Shown: positions 41,354-53,859 of the stretch, piece after piece
Layout: every line of letters starts with the position of its first letter
Numbering within the stretch: the stretch's first letter is position 1
DNA from: Macrostomum lignano
Lineage: Eukaryota
DNA: 64,000 bases
Assembly: GCA_002269645.1 (NCBI GenBank)
Contig: NIVC01001286.1
Span: forward strand, 1-64,000
Reading direction: 5' to 3'
Translations under genes and position numbers: made by a program
The notes under the pieces: generated by a model
The model's database searches: none
What the model was told of the DNA's origin: nothing
The model's input: only the letters and a program-made list of their open reading frames with translations

Positions 41354-42048
41354 CAACCGCCGCAGGTGGAGAAGGCTCTGGCCTGTCGGGAAGCCGAGCA
41401 AGTGTACGCCAACGTTCCCTGCGGCATCATAGACCAGCTTGTCAGCGTTATGGCCACAGAGAATCACCTGTTGTGCAGCGACTCGCAGACGATGCCGCTC
41501 GGAGGTGCCTCACGTGGTTTTACTGATTGCTGATTCGAATTTCCGCCATAATCTGGTGAAGAGTTTCTTCGAGTGATGATCAGTCACTCGAGAACTCCCA
41601 CTTCCAGACCCCAAGCCAGCTGCCAGCAAAGCCATGAGCAATCGGTCTCTATGACTGCACCTTGGCGGATCTAAACTAAAAAGGCCGTTTTTATCAGCAT
41701 TTTGTTGTTAAACTTATGTTGCATTGGGCGACCCCTAAATTAATTTCGATTAACTTCACGCTATAGGAAATAGTGTTCTTTGTCATTGAGAATCTTTGCA
41801 AAATATGAGACACCCTAGCTTGTTGTAGATTTCTTCTGCAGCTGGCTTTCTCACCGTTAGACCATGGACAAGAAGGAAGCAGAAGGACGCTTAGTTTTCT
41901 TTGAAATCATCTGGAGTTGTCCTTGTCTGGAGGGTGGTAAAGAACGTGTATTTGTTGCATCTGCAGTGCATTCAGTCCGGTCTACTAGAGTATGCATAGC
42001 GTTGAATTGAGGTTCAGCCATAGTCAAAGGTCCGATTTCGAAATATTT

Positions 42049-42342
42049 ATGTAATCCCCTTTGGCTGTGCGCCTCGTCTATTCCCCCAGTGTTAAACGAG
42101 CGGAGATAATCAGTAGCGTAACTCTGCTACCATCGACAAACCAACGAGATGGATAGACATGGATAGCAGAGATAACTCATTATCTCCGGCGGAGATAAGG
42201 CGTTATATTCAGATCGCACATGCCGTGGATTACATACAAAGAATCGCCTGATACTAGGAGATGGACCATAGACAGTATCTACTTGCTTCGCTCGGAGATT
42301 CTGTATGGTCCATCTCCTAGTATCAGGCGATTCTTGTTTATT
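42049..42342. mobile_element. About 295-bp dispersed element made of two adjacent inverted-repeat units (copy 1)
   Basis: TATGTAATCC...GGATTACATA followed by the hairpin AAGAATCGCCTGATACTAGGAGATGGACCATA / TATGGTCCATCTCCTAGTATCAGGCGATTCTT; near-identical copy at 45778-46070. Confidence 0.75.
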
Positions 42343-42871
42343 TCTTACTTTCTTACAGAGTTAGAAATCCTTACCAGTGGCTTTCAGCTCATTTCTAAGA
42401 AAATCGAGTGTTAGGGACTGCTTGTATGAAAATATTTTGAATGAATCGAATGCAAAAGTGTAGATGCATTTATTGAGACGAGGTGCTTACATTTAGTGCG
42501 TTTTACAGAAATGCGAGGTTGGTTTCTTACTTGAAAAAATAATATAAGTATTAAAGCTATCAATTAATGAATTACGTGGCTTGAGAGCAGAAAGGACCAT
42601 AAAATTCCTTCCTTTTCATATTCTCAAAGGCTCATTTCATATTCTTACCATCGTTCTCTATTTTTCCATTTCTAGGCCTTCAAACTACAGTCATGCAGGG
42701 CCTTCCTCCACGAGAACTGTTTTGTCAGTAGGAGTTTTATTGGCCATTCAAATGGATGGATAGAGCTGAGTTGGTCGTGAAAAGTACAATAAATTGAGGA
42801 AAGACGCTTTAAGTTTTGAAATATTGACTGTCCGACTATTACTTGCAGTCGTTGATTTCACCACTAACTAA

Positions 42872-45800
42872 ATGGAGTTTCTACCGATCGAAATCCTGAT
42901 GATCTTCGTGTGCTGCAACCTGGTGATAGCACAAGGTATTTATTGGCTAATTCATGTCTAGATGGCTTGTATCAGAAATACAGACAAATATTTTTAGGTC
43001 TTGAATTTGGTTCACTTTTTAGCTGACATGTGCGACCAGACCAAGTACCGGAAAATTCACGGACCGTTTCTCCTCAGCCCTCTAGTGAGCAGCGAAGTGA
43101 TCAACATCACAGGTGTGCAAAATGTGAACAACTGCATGATGCTGTGCCGGATGAAAGGCTGTTCAGTTATCGTTGCCATGACGACGACCTCGACTGTTTG
43201 TCGACTTTTAATATTGAAGGGACTTTCTCTGTCAAACACGATACTGGATTCTCCATCAGCTGTGGGATCAGAGGCTGGATCGCAGGTGTTGGTCAACGCC
43301 GACATCAATGCGACTTTGGCTGCTATGATCAAAAATTCATCCGTCAAGTTGCTGAGTGAGTTTTCCGTTTTCGTAGGGCAGTGAATTCAATGTCTATATG
43401 AATTGGCTCTTTAGTTTACGGTTTTTAATTTCAACGATCAAACTTGTAGTAAAGGTAGTTTTAATGCCTTAAGTTGATATGAAATCCCCTTTTTATCACT
43501 GTTATCCTCTTTGACTCTAGCTACGGGAGCTAGATGTTATGTCTCGGCGTTTCTAGTCATGTAGGCTGACAATTCATCGTTTGCAGTTGGTGTGGTGAGG
43601 AGCCCAACTCCGGAGGCTGTATTCAGCAGGTGGTTATGTTGGCTTCCAGCCATTCTCAGCATTGCTTTGAGCTGATTTCTTATCGTCTCAGTTGATAACA
43701 CATGTTCTCTTGCTTCCATCTCGTCTTTCCAGACAGCAGCACTGGACGAATCGGGAGCGTCCAGTTGGTGAACATCACCCTCACCGGCTGCTACCGCATC
43801 GAGGTCGCCGGAGCCAGAGGCGGGGACAACCTCTACAAGTCCACAATCAGTGGCAAGGGGTCCTGGGTTGCTGGCAGCTTCAACCTGACAGCGGGCACTC
43901 AGCTGACCATCGTGGTCGGACAGGCTGGTGGCATGGTGTCAGAGTCATCTGCTACAAAAGACTGCGGCGGAGGTGGCGGCGGAGGTAGCTTTGTGTACAA
44001 GACGGCAGACGGTCAGCTGCTGATTGCTGCTGGTGGAGGCGGCGGAGCCGGAAGGGGCTTTAATGGCAAGTGAAATTTAGTCTTTTCAATAACTCTTTTG
44101 CGTGAGAAATACAAATAAGACCCGAGTTCCTCTTTAAACTGTTTGTGTCGATAATCGTATCCTAAACTCATAACTCATGGAGACGAACAGCTCAGTGGCG
44201 CGAATATGACAAAAGTAATTTCAAATGTGGCTATTCTTTCTATGGCTTGGATATGAGCTTTAGAGTTATAAAAATAGTTGTCTATGGTCGTACCTTAAAT
44301 ACCAAAACCAAAAGTGATAAAAGTAAGCGAAATGTGGCAACGATCGAATAGCTATCTATCTGACTCAAAGACCGTACTGCCGTACACAAGAATCTTAGCG
44401 ACTGACCGACGAAGGCTCGAAAAACAGCTACAGAATTTTGCGACTGAATATAGTGGTGCCACATTACTTAATGTGACAAATCGCTTTTGTCACAATTTGT
44501 AACAAATTACTTTTGTCACATTCGGGCTTGAAAAGGTATATTTCCTAAACTGGGGGTCTCAATAACCATAGACTAAAGCGTATAGCAATGTCGGGGCTTA
44601 GCCCCCGCACCCCCACTATCCGCTCTTTCATTCTTTCTCTCGTAGTCTTGCTGAAGCAAAAATTTCTAAGGAACAAAAACAGTAATACCCATGCTTTGTG
44701 GGCGTAAATGGCAAATCATCGGGCTACCTAGAATACCATACTCGGCCCCGACCTGAGAAATGCATCCTCGGACTTTCTTTTCCATAGCCATATTTGGAAA
44801 GGAAGAGAAAATATTTAACCTACAGAAAGTGCATTCTCAGCTCTTTTCCAGTATCATCTTTTTCCAGGGGGAACAACTTCTATGGTAATTTATCGGTTGT
44901 AGGTGGACTGAAAACCATCTCTCAGTCCCCGAACGAGGCCTGAGATGTAGTTTGCTACAGTTCTATTTAACAAATTCAAACCAACAAAACTAACGGCAAC
45001 AGGAAGTTAAACATAGTAAGAAATAGAAGCGTCTTCCAAGCAATGGCTTAAAAACGGTTTTAACGTTTTTGGTGTTACCATTGATGTTAAGCCTCGTTTT
45101 ATTTGCAGGATTAGCACTCACTACGGTGCTTTTGTTCCTTAGCTTCAACAGAGCGTTCAGGCTCGGTTTCAATAGACGGACTTGATGACTGACCACCAGA
45201 TTGAAGAGCGTGCGATACTTTAACATGGTCTTATACGTCAAACTGAATATAGCGCTCAATAGCTGTCGAAGAGTGTCCTGTAACACGAGTAATGTCCTCT
45301 CTAGTGAAGCCAGCACGGTGTAGAGTACTTGCGCAAGTCTTGCATAGAGACTGATTAGTGTACCTTTCAGTCATTGCAGTTAGGGGAGCCGTTAATTCAC
45401 GAACAATACCGTCAAGCTGTGCCAGCCGACGGGTGCGGTGAGTTTTGGTACCACCTGCCTTGCTGGATGCATGAACATCTTTAATAGATAGTTCCAATCG
45501 CAAGCGTTTCATTCATGATCCTCCTTCACCACGAGAAGGCTAGTTGTATCACCATGTGGAATTTTATTGTGTCGCTGCTCGAACCACTGGTAAAACATTT
45601 TACAGCCCATTGTTCTTTCCTTCGAGTATTTGGTGGGATGGCAGCATCCAGCTTCTCTTGTATATCGTCAGTCGTATGCGTAGCAGGATTCGTTGCAGTG
45701 TATTCTTTACTTTCAAAATATCTTAGCACTAGATCTAACTCGTCTTCCATGGCAAAATGTTACTATCATGTACTCGTATGTAATCCACTTTGGCTGTGCG

Positions 45801-47112
45801 CCTCGTCTATTCCCCCAGTGTTAAATGAGCGGTGATAATCAGTAGCGTAATTCCGCTACCATAGACAAACCAACGAGATGGATAGACATGGATAGCGAAG
45901 ATAACTCATTATCTCCGGCGGAGATAAGGCGTTATATTCAGATCGCACATGCCGTGGATTACATACAAAGAATCGCCTGATACTAGGAGATGAACCATAG
46001 ACAGTATCTACTCGCTTCGCTCGGAGATTCTGTATGGTCCATCTCCTAGTATCAGGCGATTCTTGTTTATGTACTCGTAGAAGAAGAAAAAACTGGATGG
46101 ACTGCTTTAAGATTCACAGTACTTTAGCCAGTCAGTTACATAGCTTGTGCCATAGACTAGCTGTACTAAATATTGATGCGTCTTCGGCTTTCAGTAGGTT
46201 AAGACACAATATACCCATGCTTTGCAGGCGTAAATGGCAAATCTTCGGGTTGCCTAGAGTACCGTCCGAATAGCCATAGACGTAAGCGCATAGCAATGTT
46301 TTTCCTGCAATATTTTTAATGTTAATGGGTGTTAATGTTAATGTGTTAATGTTAATGTTAACTCAGGATAATGGGTGGGGGCATGAGTGTGCTAAATTAG
46401 AGTTACTAAATTTGAGTTCCGACCTTCATCTAACCACCTATTATCTAAAAGCACTGACTAGCGACAATGTTATTAAAACGCTCGCGCTATAAAGGATCAG
46501 ATGTCTCATTTGCTCACACTGAAGGATCTTAGCGCGCTCGCGCTGTAATAACATTAACACTCAAAAATAGTGCAGGAAGATGTAACAATAACACTTAAAA
46601 TATTTGTAGGCACGTTTGGAGATGCCAGTGTTAATGGTAGTCACTCTGTTGGACATATTAACAAAATCGGACTCGGAGGTGTCAACGGTCATGCCGGCTA
46701 CAACGAACCCTGGAGGACTGGTGATAAAGTGACTCACGGCGGCTGCGGCGCCGGCTGGTTGGGCAGGGCCGACAACCCGAGGCGAAACTCCAGCGACGGC
46801 GAGCGAGGCGGCAGTCGGGCTAACGGCTGGGTCGGTGGCAGAGCTGGCGACGGCTGCATCGGCGACGGCGGATTCGGCGGCGGCGGCGGAGGCGGCGGCA
46901 TGCAGCTGGACGGATCGAAGAACGGAGCCGGCGGCGGAGGCGGCGGCTTCAGCGGTGGTGGCGCTGGAATGGGAGGAATACAAGCTGGAGGAGGCGGCGG
47001 CTCTTTCTGTGGCGGCAGCGGCTGCACCGCCGTCTCTGGTGGAAACTCGGAGAGCCATCAGGGATTTGCGGTGCTGCGTCTGCTGGCTCTGTTTACCGAC
47101 GCCTGCAGCTAA
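42872..47112 (+). CDS. Secreted PAN + glycine-rich paralog C; exons 42872-42935, 43023-43355, 43733-44065, 46610-47112 (410 aa)
   Basis: Signal-like MEFLPIEILMIFVCCNLVIAQ; same motifs as paralog A; third intron begins GCAAGT (GC-AG); 1233 nt in frame. Confidence 0.82.
45050..45750 (-). mobile_element. Internally deleted Crypton-like (tyrosine recombinase / DUF3504-type) remnant in intron 3 of paralog C
   Basis: N-terminal DDIQEKLDAAIPPNTRRKEQWAVKCF and C-terminal YTNQSLCKTCASTLHRAGFTREDITRVTGHSSTAIERY (degenerate HxLR...GH...Y motif). Confidence 0.7.
45778..46070. mobile_element. About 295-bp double-hairpin element (copy 2)
   Basis: Near-identical to 42049-42342; flanked by the direct repeat ATGTACTCGTA. 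Confidence 0.75.
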
Positions 47113-48847
47113 CAAGGAAATTCAAAGATTACAACTTTTTGGCGCCTTACGAATCCTGACCTTGCTTGACCTTGCAAACTGAGTCTCCTTTAATAGCTAG
47201 CTTTAGGTAAGGCAAGAAAGATTTATTTACTGATATTAAGTTTATCCGCTTTTGAAACATGCCATCTTTTGATGAATGTTTTACAGTGGAAAGAAATAGC
47301 CTTAAGCAACACATTGACCTTGAACATATTGACATTAAGATTTAAGTTAAGTTAACATCGTTTAAACATTTTTTTGAAAGAATTAAATTGATAAATATAT
47401 AGTTTAAGCAAAATTTAAACCATTTTTCTGTATTTGCTACTGTTTTTTTAAAGTGTCTTCAGCTCTCCATTTCAGTGCAACAAAATTACGGATCATCGTC
47501 TTACCTGCTTTCGTTCTAATATTATAAACAAATTCCTATCTAATTAGATTTTTTACTTAGATTTACCCGTTGGTATGCAATTAATTTTTTTTCTGGAGCG
47601 GAGGAAAATTACCTTGGTGACATCTGTTGAGGTAAATGAATGAGAAAATGAGCTGTAATAAGCAACAATAAGCAGTCAAATGCGATGCAAATGCAGCACA
47701 TTAAATATTGACAAGTCATTGTAGCTCTGAATCTTCTTCCGTTAGGCTTGAGGATGCTCAGGGCCCACTTTAAAAGCATGCATGTAGGGATCCATTGTGT
47801 TTAAACGCCAATAGCTACCTACCAAAAACACCTAAATAGTGGAGGGGGAGATTTTCCAGAAATGCAAATTTTCTGACAATGTCTCCAATTTTTAACGATC
47901 CAGCCTGTCTGTGAAAACCAATCATAAACTGTGGTACTTAGTCAAGGCCAACCCAACACATCGGGCGGTTGCATGTTGAAAACTCTGCCGCAGGGAAAGC
48001 CACGGAAATGGCGATGACGAGTGAACAGAAAAGTTCATGGCTTGGCTTTTCCTAGTCGTTCTATGGCTTTTTCATGGTAATTCACGTTGGGCAGAGTCCA
48101 CGAATGCAGTTATATGGGCGCTATATGTTCACACACGAGCAGAGTTGGCTGCGGTTATAGTACGCAAGCAGGATGTTACTGCAAGATTCCACATGTGTGT
48201 CAAAAAATGAGATTCAAACTCACAAAGGGCGTGAACCGGTTTCTAATTTCTCTTACTTGCAGTCAGCTATCAGTGTGCAAACATTTTCATATAGACTATA
48301 ATATATTTGCTTTTAATTCCTTTCTTGCTACTTTTCAGTAGGCTATCTCTTATGGTTCTGCTAACGATACACTCTCTAAGGCTTGTACTTTACCTACATG
48401 TAATTGTATCGCGACGCACTTTTGCCAAACACATCTGTATTTTCGAGGCCAATCACTCAAAAAACCAAAATTCAAACACACAGGCATCATTCTGTTTGCC
48501 TAATAAGACATCTAATTTATACGCCGAGCTAATAAAATCGCTATTTTTTTTGCAAATTTCCTTAATTCACAGGCCACTACCTGACGCTGCCGCGAGCGTG
48601 AAGTGAACGGTTCGTTAATTAATCTGGATAGCAAGAACTCTGACTGGGCTTTAAAAAGTTTCCAAATAGCATTTGCTGCGCCTCTAAGACAAGCATTGGG
48701 CACCGACCAGAGTAAATGTTCAGCTCGTTGGTTTTACCTATTGTTATTCTTGCGAGATCCTGTAAAATGTAAATTTCGCTACCTTAACTTTTCCACAGTG
48801 ATCTCTCTACCAAATATTTTAGGATGGGAAGCCCTAGGTCAGCTTGT

Positions 48848-48900
48848 GCGCACAGAAGTGATCAACATTTTCCATCTGCTGTGGGATCAGCACCATCATT
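48848..48900 (+). pseudogene. Collapsed relic of a PAN-module exon
   Basis: CACAGAAGTGATCAACAT + CCATCTGCTGTGGGATCAG + CACCATCA are the start, middle and end pieces of exon 2 of paralogs A, C and D. Confidence 0.5.
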
Positions 48901-50507
48901 GATAGAAATGCAGCCATCACGATTTACAGCGTGAATTGTGTTCTAAGAAATTATTTATTCAGCAAAACAATGACCATAGTTCAGTGTATGAATAAGTTAA
49001 GCAAATTAAAAATCCTCATCAAAAACGTATATATAGTCGTACAGACCTGAGTACATGCATGTACATGTTATCAGGAGCTACAGATGTATTTAGCAGAGCT
49101 GGAGCTGAATTGTTGTTGTTAACCTGTCAGCATCACAAACTCCACTGTTTCACCTGGATTGCCCCAAAGATAGATATGGGCTCCAGCTCGGTGGGATGAG
49201 AAGGGCAGTTCAACGATCAATGCAGGCTGTCGTGAGGGCAGCTGGGAGGCGTCTCAGGCTTCACTGCATGAGTTCTGTCATAGGTCAATGATCAAGAATA
49301 AGTCTTCAGCATTAGCTACTGTTAAAAACCAGTTAGTAAGTACTGACGAATTGATGTATTATAAATCACGTTATGTGTCTGATGCCTGAGCGGCCTGAGC
49401 GGCAAAGCAAACTGCAGTCCAATTTCTCGCATTGAAAGCAAACAAGTGACGCATGTCACAGAAAAGGCTGCAAAATTTACAGACGGTTGCCATCGCCAAT
49501 GCATTTAGATAGGCAAACTGACTGGGTTTCTTTATTTGCCTTCAATTTGTGGGACAACAAGCAGGAAACAGAGAATTCGGCTCGTGTATTTAACTGATAG
49601 AAATCAAACGGAGCTCTGTCTATTTTCATCGGATATTACACACCGCCCCCGTAACAGTTTGGCGCCTTTGTATTTGCTTTTAAACACCCAAAATATCCAT
49701 TTTCAAGGCATGATCGACTTCCTGCATGGCATATTATTTGGCCATTAGCTGGTCTTGATTATTAGCTGGAGCTTGATATGTTTGGGAAAAGGATATCGGA
49801 GGTCTGGACCGGATTATGGTTTATCTGCAAATGTAAAATGATAGAAAAATTGAAATTAGTTTAAATTGCATTTTACGAAGAAGTAACTCTTTGCTATCGT
49901 CAACCTCTCCTTACAAAAGGCGACTGATTTTGTGTACTATGAATCTTTATTTACTACTTCGGACTACATGTAGTAATTGGAGCAGGTTTGTGAGCACCCT
50001 GTCGCAACGATTCTGACTCGTGAGCACATGCAGGCACGCACTCACACACACGCTCACGCAGGGTGTACAGCGGGCCTGACTTTCTAATCGTCCGGCATGT
50101 ACACTCTCTGCAGTGTCTTGGGGGTTGGCCCTCATGGCTGTGAATCACGCGGCAACGATCCTGGACGTCAATTTAAACAGGTGCGAGAAATTATATCGAC
50201 CTTGTCGCGCAAGAGTCAAACGCGTCTATCGCAGAGGTACTCTCTCGGCCCTGACCCGATTATCTTACATTAGAATTCTAAATTAAAGGAAAGGAGAGCA
50301 TTTCTCGAAAATTCGAAAAACTACCTGAGAAAGGTAAGTCATAGAATCGCATCTGCTGCCATTGGTCAGGCAATGAGAGAGAAGTTACTTCAATAGAATC
50401 CGCTGGATTTAAAGGATGACAGGATACCAAATGCTCCTGTTCTGTAAAAACGGTTGCTAGAACTGATCGCTTCTTACATTAAGCGATATTATATTAACAG
50501 CACCCTC

Positions 50508-52500
50508 ATGAACTACAGAATCAAAGCAGTCGTCAAGGTAGCCTTGATTCTGTTGTGTACACAGCTTAGTTGTTCGGAAGGTAAGCCAAAACAAACCCTT
50601 TGTTCTCGAGTAAACAACCAGTGCCTAAAAATATTATTGTTATTCATGGAAAGTGTTTATCAAACTTAAAATAATATGAATTTGTAATTTCTGCAAACAT
50701 TTGTCACTAAATATCTGCATTCATTCATAATTGCCCATGAAGTACAAGATAGCGTTGATGACAAAGTGACAAAAATTCTCAAGCATGAAACTCGATAAAT
50801 GCACGAAATTGCAGAACCATTTGCAAACTACGAGCATTTAAATTCAACCATCTTAAAACTTTAGGACTCTGTTCCGGAGCCAAGTATCAAAAGATCGAGG
50901 GCCCATTTCACCTCACTCGTGCCGTTAGCACAGAAGTGACCAACATCACGGGTCTGCCATCAGTGCTTGACTGTGTGATTCATTGCCAGCTGCAGGGCTG
51001 CATCTTAGCCGTTATCATGACTACAAAATCTGTTTGCCAGCTTATAAAAGTGACCGGTGTTTCTGTAAAACATTTAAACTTTGAAACTTCATCGGCTGTG
51101 GGATCGGAAGTTGAATCGCAGGTGTTTGTAAGCTCCGAAGTCAATGCGACTTTGGCTGCGGTGATCAGCAATGCCACCACCATCAAGTTGCGAAGTGAGC
51201 AATGCTTTTACTGAATTTTAATCATTTTAATCCTTCTAAAGTTCTGTATGATTTATGTATTTCAGACAGCAGCTCTGGAAGAGTCGGTAGCATTCAACAG
51301 GTGAATATCACCCTGACCGGCTGCTACCGCATCGAGGTCGCCGGAGCCAGAGGCGGTGATCACATTGCCTCATCCAAACTCGGTGGCAACGGGTCCTGGG
51401 TTGCCGGCAGCTTCAACCTGACAGCCGGCACTCAGCTCAGCATTGTTGTTGGACAGGCTGGCGGCTCGATCGAGCTTGACGGCGAAGGCAAACGACGTTG
51501 CAGCTGCGGCGGCGGAGGAGGCAGCTTCGTTTACCGCACTGTTGACAGTCAGCTGCTTATTGCAGCTGGTGGAGGTGGCGGTGCGAACAGGAAAATCGAT
51601 GGTAATAAGGCATATCCTTGTATCAATATTTCCGTTATAAAATAACTTAACTGTAGTAGGAATACTGTCGGTTTGCATGTTCCTGCTGAAACTTTGCCTT
51701 CGCTTACACGGAGACTTTCTGATGCTTAAAGCTTCATTTCGGCGTCTTCACATTAACACAAGAGTGTACATATGCCTGACGATTAGAACGTTAAGGACCA
51801 CTGTACACCCTGTGCGAGAGTGTGCATTAGTGCGTCTCTGCGTACAGTATTGGCAGTTCAGTAATCAGCAGAATGGGCAAAATTGCCTCAGCGCTGGTTG
51901 TGGGACGATGTCGCTGAAGAAATTGCTTCTGCTTATCCATAGTCCTGCAAGTTTTTTTTACATATCAGGCTACTTTTTCTAATTGTAAATCCAACAGGCC
52001 TTTCGGGTCAAGTGGAAGTCAATGGAAGCGACTCGAATTCGGAAAAGGGGACCTTCATTGGTCTGGGAGGTGTTAACGGCCAGCCCGGCTACAATGAGCC
52101 TTGGAGAACTACTTATGGAGCAACCCACGGCGGCTGCGGCGCCGGCTGGCTGGGCAGCGCCGTCAACCCGAGGCGAAACTCCAGCGACGGCGAGCGAGGC
52201 GGCGGCCTGGCAAACGGCTGGGCCGGCGGCAGAGCTGGAGACGGCTGCACCGGTGATGGCGGATTCGGCGGCGGCGGTGGAGGCGGCGGCATCGAGATGG
52301 ACGGATCGAAGAACGGAGCCAGCGGCGGAGGCGGTGGCTTCAGCGGAGGCGGTGCCGGCGTGAAAGCGGACAACGCCGGAGGCGGCGGCGGTTCGTTCTG
52401 CAGCGGCAGCGGCTGCACCGCCATTGCAGGACAAAAGGCAGCAAGCGAGCACGGTTTTGTTGAGTTGCGACTGCTGGGTTTATTTGAACTCTGTTTTTGA
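50508..52500 (+). CDS. Secreted PAN + glycine-rich paralog D; exons 50508-50580, 50865-51194, 51266-51601, 51998-52500 (413 aa)
   Basis: Signal-like MNYRIKAVVKVALILLCTQLSCSE; DCVIHCQLQGC...VCQL; same glycine-rich motifs; GT-AG phase-1 introns; 1242 nt in frame. Confidence 0.85.
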
Positions 52501-53609
52501 GACTGAATTGGAAGAGATCGACCAACTGCGTGTGGAGCCATGCATCAAACAAAAAAAATAACTCGAAGACGATGTCAGTTGCGATTACCAAAAAACGTTA
52601 CGAACTACGAACCTTACTCTCTGGTCTTTGAAACGGATTTTTTGAAACTGACCGTACCTTCGATTTCTAATAAATTGAGTAGAAGGAACTAGGTTCCCAT
52701 TCATATGCTCATGGGTGTTTTTAGCACCCATGAACCGGATTGTGTCGCATCAAAATCATTGAATCTTAACTAGACCATTAGTGACTTTTGTTTATTTCAC
52801 CGAACAGAAAGAAAAATATCGTTATGTAGAGCCGACAGATACAAAACCATTCGTATATGTTTTCTATTCTGCAAATACTCACTCATGTATTGCCTAACAG
52901 GATTAGGTATAGACACAATATTGATTAGGTAAATGTAGGTACTCTTCAACAGGTATAAAGTCCCAACCCCCAAATGACGCTGTTATTCGACACGCAGTAG
53001 ATAACCTGATGCCACTGTCGATGATGCCGCCCCAAAAGTTCATCAACCGATCGGATGACTAGGAAGCCATACTAAATGACTTTAGTACTTTTGCATACTA
53101 AATGACCAAGACTAGACTCTACCGAATAGCCATACTGAACAGCTAGAACTAAACTCTTGCAAGATTTCCGCACCACTCTATACTTTCTTCTTATCAGTAG
53201 ATGAACATTGGCACACGGTTTAGGGATAGTGACGGGACAAGGACAGGTAAATGTCCTTAACAGGATTAGTATGAACTGGACACCCGGTCACAGCAAATCC
53301 TGGGAAATGAACTTGAGGATTCCCTCGCCAAGTAGGGCAGCAACCCAGACAACAACCATTGTCTTGTGAGGCTACCTATGCCTACTCTCAAACCTTTCCC
53401 TGAGGAATTAGGCAAGCAGCAGGAATGATCAGCGTGTCTTCCTCTGGCGCCAAAGTGCCGAGGTTCGATTTTGTGCTCAGAGATCGTTCAAGAAAATTCG
53501 TCTTGCGGCAATTGTCGTGCAATACACGCCCCTGAGGGTCAACACTCAAGGAGCAAAGTGTGTACTTGCCTGACAATCATATATTCAGTGGCGCTGTACA
53601 CCTTGTGCG

Positions 53610-53850
53610 AGCATTTGCCTACAATTGCGCGTGAGTGCTTAAAGTCAGCAGAGGCGAAACTGCCGCGACAGCGAGCGAGGTGGCAGTCTGACCGATAACT
53701 GGGCCCGCGGCAGAGCTGGAGACGGCTACACCACGGCAACGGCAGATTCGGCGGCGTCTTCAGCGGAGTTGACGCTACGCTTAGGTCGGGGGGAAAGCAA
53801 ACCGATCGTGACTTATTCTGCATAAGCAACGGCTGCACCACCATTTCTGT
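53610..53850 (+). pseudogene. Degenerate relic of the glycine-rich exon 4
   Basis: GAGGCGAAACT..CGACAGCGAGCGAGGTGGCAGTCT...GGCAGAGCTGGAGACGGCT...GGCAGATTCGGCGGC...AACGGCTGCACCACCATT matches exon 4 of C and D, with deletions. Confidence 0.7.
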
Positions 53851-53859
53851 AGAGGGGAG

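Noticed and set aside
53388-53576. Possible LINE endonuclease fragment (DPQGRVLHDNCRKTNF)
   Set aside because: Similarity too weak and short to support by eye.
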